NCBI GenBank assembly: GCA_009103225.1
Contig: RHPI01001202.1
Location: 505,901-569,900 of the forward strand
Direction of reading: 5' to 3'
DNA length: 64,000 nucleotides
From: Chlorokybus atmophyticus
Taxonomy: Eukaryota; Plantae; Mesostigma and Chlorokybus algae
Shown: in pieces, positions 58,121 to 64,000 of the stretch
Layout of the letters: each line of letters opens with the position of its first letter
How positions within the stretch are numbered: position 1 is the first letter of the stretch
Translations under genes and position numbers: made by a program
The notes under the pieces: model-generated
What the model was told of the DNA's origin: nothing
Seen by the model: the letters and a program-made list of their open reading frames with translations, nothing else
Database searches by the model: none

Positions 58121-61100
58121 TGCCCATTGTGCTGTTCAGCCAATGGCAGGCTGTTCAGCATGCTTGAACATTAGGGAGGTGAGTCATGATCACTTCCTCA
58201 TGACTCTCTCGTGCGGTACTGCGAGCTTCTTAACTTCCTTATGTGCCGCAGTGCGATTGCATTGCCTGCTTCTTATATATGTATTATGAACCCCACTCGT
58301 GGGAACATGTGATTATCAGAGCGTTTACGAAGTACTCATTAGACTCATGTAGTAGACAGGGGTAACCTAGCACCAGGCACTAGCTAATATCGTAAAGTAC
58401 ACATCTTATGTGTGATTTGGAAGTTCCATTGTGTTGAGGAGCTCCGTAAGACGCTTGTTTGCACCGGCGAGCTCGCAGCATTGTGCTCCAGGAGCACTGC
58501 TCCCGTCTTCAGGTGATGTGTAAATAAAGAACATGTGTAGGCATTTGCATCATTGTGTGCAGCGGTTCATCATCGCCGCAGCTTGCTCTCGGCCAACAAG
58601 TGCTCGCGCGCAGCCCACACCTTTGGTTGCTTGTGCTTGTATTGTTTTGTTTTGTACTGACTTTGCAAGCTCTAGTGAGAGAGGCGAGGAAGTGTGCAGC
58701 CTGCATCGTGCAGGGGAAAGCCCTGCCTGGCGCTACTTCCTCGGACACAACTGCCTACACACGTGCTTTGCATGCAAGAAAGGCGACAGCACGTGGCTTG
58801 TGATGCATTTGGGGTTGTTGGTGGGGGTGGGGAGGGGGGAGAGGGGAAGGTGGCCCAACATGTTTTTCACGTATAAGACGCTCTTCTACTGAATTGGCGC
58901 ATTCTGGACGCTTCCTTGCCCTTGCCACACTGCACATGCACATGGTTCACCGTGGATGGTGGTGGGTGTTGACAGTGCGCATTGCACAACATGCTTTGGG
59001 GCTTGGGCTAGCCCTGCTGCTTGTTGCACGCATTGTACATAGCTCCGTGACTAGCACTAGCACTCCCTTGTGGTCTTATGTGAGACATTCCTTACCCTCC
59101 TTTTGAACGTACCCCGCCCTCCATACATGCTTTGGCATGCGCTTCAATCAAAGCAGGCACTTTTGCGATGGATGCAAAGGTGTAGATGCGGTAGCTCAAT
59201 AAACTACTTACAGTAATTCTAGAAACTACCAAGTGATAGTGTTATTGCACTAAGTTGCACAGGGTGAGTGAGTGTTTTGAAGTGAGTGAGTGCTGGCGTG
59301 AGATTGCATGTGCCGTGTGCTTCATGCTGTGCATGTCACCGCTTGACACCATGCATGCTACTAATGTAGCTTACTAACACATAAACACTAAGTAAGTGCT
59401 AGGGCCTTACGTAGTCGGCATGGTCAGCAGCTAGTAGTACTAGCATTCCATCCAATGACAGTGAGTCTAGTTTCAACCAACTTTTGCGCGATTGCGGTTT
59501 TGCAGGGATGGATGCGGCAAGTAGACCACTAGAACTTGTAATGTTGCTACTAGTGCTGTGTATGGTGTTGTTCAAGCACTGGTGGCAGTAATGCTAGTGG
59601 TGGTGTACTGCGAGTGGTCGTTGTCATTTATTACTGACTAAGAGTAGTAGTCAACATGGTCTGTAGCAGTAGTTGCATGTAAGGTTGCCATGCGTGGTTT
59701 TGCATCATAGCCCAGACACAGATGCTGACTATCAGCCGCGTGGGCTGCTGCTACTGCTGTTGCTGTTGCCGCTTCTGTGTTCTGATGACCTGTGATGCCT
59801 GCACAGTGCAGGGTCTTGGGCCAGCCCATGCTGTGTATCTTGCTGGGTTTCTTCGCTGCGTTTATATGGCCCAGTGTGCGTGCATGCCATTATGACACAC
59901 CCTACACGATGGTAGCCAAAGGTTTGTTGTGTTGGCATCAGGTGACATCGCTATGTTGTGCATCATGCCTTGGCGTGCTGCATACCCTGCAGCAAAAACC
60001 ATCACCGTTCTTCTGTACACAACACAGCATTACTATACTACAATACCGCATTTAGGAAGAGCGATGCACAACCCCTTGTGGACCAGCCAGTGAGGAACCT
60101 CAGGTCGGCAGCGTCAGGTATTAGCCAGTAGAGCTTGACCATTGACCAATGCGTTGGTGTGGAGCCAACACACGCCATAAAACGAACACTACCACGTCAT
60201 TCAGACACCGGCTTGTATGCTAGCACCATCCAAGTGCACCTCGCAACTCAATGCGCAACAACATTGAACCGCTTGTGCTGGCCCTTCCACTCTGGTACCC
60301 ACTGCAACCTTATTCCCATTGGCATGATGATCGTAGCCGAAAAACCAATGGATATACAAAAATTTGCCTCGTTATGTACAAGACTCCCAGCTGCCAAGTA
60401 CTGCTTGTTTAAACCCCTCCTTGGTGCCAGCAGCAATCCAACAACAACACATGTCTTAAGGTACAATCACTCTCATCACACATGCTCCCACACGCCCAAT
60501 GAGCAGTCCCGCTACATCAACAGCACGACAACAGTGAGTGAGCCAAAGTAAATAGTCATCCAACAATATGCACATGCACAACACTGACACAACCTTACCG
60601 ATTACCTGACGATGATGGGTAGAAAGGGATGGAGGCATCGCGCACGATCGCATCATGGCCGGCCAACTTCCCAATCAACTTACCGCTCGCGACATCGTCT
60701 GCTTCACAAGCAACCCCGCGTAAACAACAACCATAGCATGATGGACAGCATGATGGATATCCATGCAGCGTTTTTTCCGTGCTGGGCAATGCCTACCGCG
60801 TGCGGCGCCGCATGATAAACCCATGTACAGGCAGCGCTGTGCTGTGGTTGCAGCAGGCAAGGAATGCGCACGCACAAGCGCCTGCAGAAAGGAATGCCCT
60901 GCGTAGCCGCAGTGGAAGCCATATTGAGAGGCAGCTTGACGATTCGTTAAACTCACGACAAGATTGACAACTAGCAGCTCGTGTTGATGACTGATAGAAA
61001 ACTGGGAGTGGCAGGTGGTTCTTAGTGCAATCAGTGTGTCAGCAGGCTAAAGCTTACGTGACAACAGTCCAGCATCCATGGGCAGGTGTCTGCTGGGCCA

Positions 61101-62056
61101 GCGGCGGCCGTCTTGCGCTGTGGGATGCTCCCAGCGGTAAGCGACTGGCGCTCTGGTCCTTGTTGTTGCTGAGAAGTCTACCTACCATCGCCCTGCATGC
61201 ATGCACCGGTTGCCATACTCCTTCCCGTACCAGAACAAGTACTGCGGGCGCAACCTCTCACCTTGACAGTTACATGCGTGATGCCTTCACCATGGCCGAT
61301 GAGTACGCCCTGAGGGCTTGCGCCACTCCGCAGAAGGCGGTCCCACACCTTCCGTCACAACCACATGCGTGTGCAACACATTGGTGTTGCATAGTGAGTA
61401 AGCATGGACTGTGCTTTTGCAAAATTCAGAACATACCTTTACCAAGCAGTCCTCCAATTGCCTCTGTACGCGATGTAGGAGTTGCTGTCAGCAAAGCACA
61501 CTGAGTTCATGTCATCCCTGTGAGCATGAATCTGGTGACAAGCAGCATGACAGGTGAGAACGCTGGATCTGCTTGCTGTGCAATCACTGTCAGCACTGCA
61601 CATGCCCGCAAGGTTTGTCGTTTAGTCTTGATGTCATAAGTGTACAAATAAAATAGTGATGAGCGGTACCAGCGACAATCTCACGACCGTCTGGGGCAAG
61701 TAACTGAGAACATGCGGAAATGCAGGTTCTCAGGCCTGTAAAGCAGTCTCAGCGTCACATCACAGCAGCCAACTTGGTTAAGTGAATGGCTATACGTTAC
61801 GCAGGTATTGCGCCGCATGCAGGAGAGAAAAGCGAGGGTGCTTACCTCATGTTCAAGCCCTCATGCAGCTTATACTCGCCTTACACGATGCACATATGTA
61901 CTGCAGCCACATGCGAGACAAGTAAGTACCGCTGCCACTAGAGGCGTATGTTCTGATCTGTTGAGCGGACTTGCAGTCAGCTTAACGAGAACAGAGCAAA
62001 GCGTTGAGTTGAACAAGTCTCACCTTAGCAAGCACGCGGGAATACGTACCCAACCT

Positions 62057-63330
62057 TTAAAACAGCAACCACCTCACCAAAATCAAGTATGCTAACTGGA
62101 TCAATAGGTATAACAACCATTCATTCCTCACATATGCGATGCACTCCGGACTGCATCGCACTCCGGACACCCCCCAAAGCTTCTTGTGGTAGTCCATTCT
62201 GCAACAACAACGAACTATAAGTACACAATCATGTTGTTTTGCTTTGTGTGTAAATAGCATATTATGGTGTACACAGCATGTTCAAAGCAACCTTACCTGA
62301 CGTAATGCGCCAAACGTTCATTGCACCACCAATGGCGCACACCGAAAAAATCTTTGTACCAAGTGTTGAGGAGCGGTAACAGTGCCAGCCACATGGTGCG
62401 AAAATCCGGATATGATACAACGAAACTTGACAAGATTGCGAGAGGAACCGTCACCACCTTGGATACCACTTCTTGCACTTTGAACAACCACTGCTCACAA
62501 TCTAAGTCCACATTAACAACTTGAGTATATTTGACCATGCACACAGTGCAAACAACATAAACAGCAGATTGCAGCAGCTTGACTACCTGCATACACGCAA
62601 AGCGTGTAGACTCGTCCCGTCTCTGAGCATGCTGTCGGTTGGCAGCTTTCTGTCTGACCCATCGTAGACGACAAAGTATTCTTTTGGTAGTAACGTGTTG
62701 ACAATGCCATGTTGCCCGCAAGCACGTCGTGGTACTTTGACCAAGGTCGGCAAGAGCGGTTGTTTCATTTGCGCACTTCTCTCTCACCGTTTGCACAAAG
62801 GTCGAGACCTTGAGGTCAGCTGTATTTGGTAGTGTCAGGTGCAACACCGCTTGCTCATGCGTCGTTGTCTGAACGGGTACCATGCTCTGCGCGCGCATGC
62901 ACATTCTCAAGCCATACCGTATGATAGCAATTGGTACAACATCAAGTCGTTAAGAAGCTAATCACAAGACTGTTGTACAACTGACATATCATTACATCAA
63001 GTCATTATAATCACAAGAATACGCAAGCCCGTTAGAACTTTGATTGCATCGAAAATGTTTACTTATTATGAAGCGTTAGCAGACAGAAACATACGTCGGT
63101 GATCGCGTGGGTTGGGACAAACTCAGATGATGGTGGTGGCGGCGACGGCGGTGGCGACGGGGACGGCGATGACGACGGCGACAGCAACCGTGGCACTGGA
63201 GATGCTGACGATGTTGACGTTGATGTCTCGGAGGACTCTAAGCGCGACGTCTGCCGCACTGGTTGAAGGCTGGGCCCGGGTGACGTGGGTGTCGTGAGCA
63301 TCTCCTGCTGATGCAGTGGGACGCTCACCT
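62057..63330 (-). CDS. Spliced coding-like fragments of unknown identity (gene or transposase remnant) continuing beyond the right edge
   Basis: Exon-like blocks with canonical sites: ctgacag|Pro/Ser-rich 63330-63090|gtatgt; gcgcag|~62893...; gtaagg...ttgcag|MDYHKKLW...ECIAYVRNEWL. No family could be firmly recognised. Confidence 0.35.
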
Positions 63331-63387
63331 GTCAGGTGAGACACGCGTTTGCATGCTGTGCTGTGCACACATTGTTGCATGCATGCA

Positions 63388-64000
63388 GACAAGTGCCATG
63401 CACATACGTGTGCATGCATGCGAAATTGCATGCATGCAACCATTCCAACCATGCCAAGCACGCCAATCCTGCAGCGGACAAGTGCATGCGTAGTACGATA
63501 AGTTTTGTGAACAATGTGCATGCGTATGCATGATGTGCAGACAGACGCGTGCATGCTTGTGTACGTGCATGCATGCAAGCATTCTATGCCACGTGCGCCA
63601 TGCATGCAGCAGACATGCCATGCAAGCGTGTGTGCCGTAGTACGATACTATCTGTTGACAATATGCCTGCCTGCACGCATACAACAGGCGCGAATGCAAC
63701 AGACAGGTGCCATGCACATACGTGTGCATGCATGCGCAATTGCATGCAACCATTCCAACCATGCCAAGCACGCCATGCAACAGAGAGGTGCATGCGTAGT
63801 ACGGTACTATTTGTGAACAAAGTGCATGCGTGCATGCGTATGCATGATGTGCAGACAGACGCGTGCATGCATGCAAGCATTCTATGATAAGCACGCCATG
63901 CACGCAGCAGACATGCCATGCAAGCGTATGTGCCGTAGTACGATGCTATCTGTTGACAACGTGCATGCATGCATACGCGTGCAACCATGCTATGGCACTG
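63388..64000. repeat. CATG-rich satellite-like array, ~150-bp monomers arranged as ~300-bp dimers, running off the window
   Basis: CGTAGTACG anchors at 63489, 63636, 63795 and 63934, alternating TTTGTGAACAA and TCTGTTGACAA types. Confidence 0.85.

Noticed and set aside
58690-58800. Cys/His-rich text (CSLH...HNCLHTCFAC) near the DIRS 5' side
   Set aside because: The spacing fits no zinc-finger type I can name, and Cys/His codons are common in this TGCA-rich DNA.
60050-61500. Possible second RT/RNase H or Harbinger transposase relic (QRCLYMGL, GKLIGKL, QWVPEWKGQH, SYMRDAF)
   Set aside because: The motif hints point to different families and strands and are not mutually consistent, so the region is left unassigned.

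Overview
Intron-rich nuclear DNA (~50% GC, GT-AG introns with CATG/TGCA-rich interiors) from a green plastid-bearing eukaryote. It is probably a green alga; the plant-type group-C bZIP signature would fit a streptophyte alga, which is inference. No prokaryotic features were seen (no CRISPR array, rRNA or convincing tRNA). Recognisable spliced genes, left to right: glutathionyl-hydroquinone reductase (cut by the left edge), chloroplast Cu P1B-ATPase (PAA1/PAA2 type), S-adenosylmethionine carrier, complex I NDUFS8, D1-processing CtpA, mitochondrial FtsH4, plastid uracil phosphoribosyltransferase, group-C bZIP, a GT29 sialyltransferase-like protein and seipin. Between them lie a decayed Penelope-like retroelement with the CxC linker of the N-terminal-endonuclease Naiad/Chlamys clade, a decayed DIRS-order (kangaroo-like) retrotransposon whose tyrosine recombinase is on the opposite strand to RT-RNaseH-methyltransferase, a probable MITE, a probable Ty3/gypsy remnant and several tandem repeats. 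The most novel-looking item is a head-to-head pair of unrecognised 4-exon paralogues (47.4-51.4 kb, ~236 aa) with conserved intron positions, plus a third partial copy. Several short exact duplications sit directly against N gaps and are probably assembly artefacts. Exon boundaries were read by eye.
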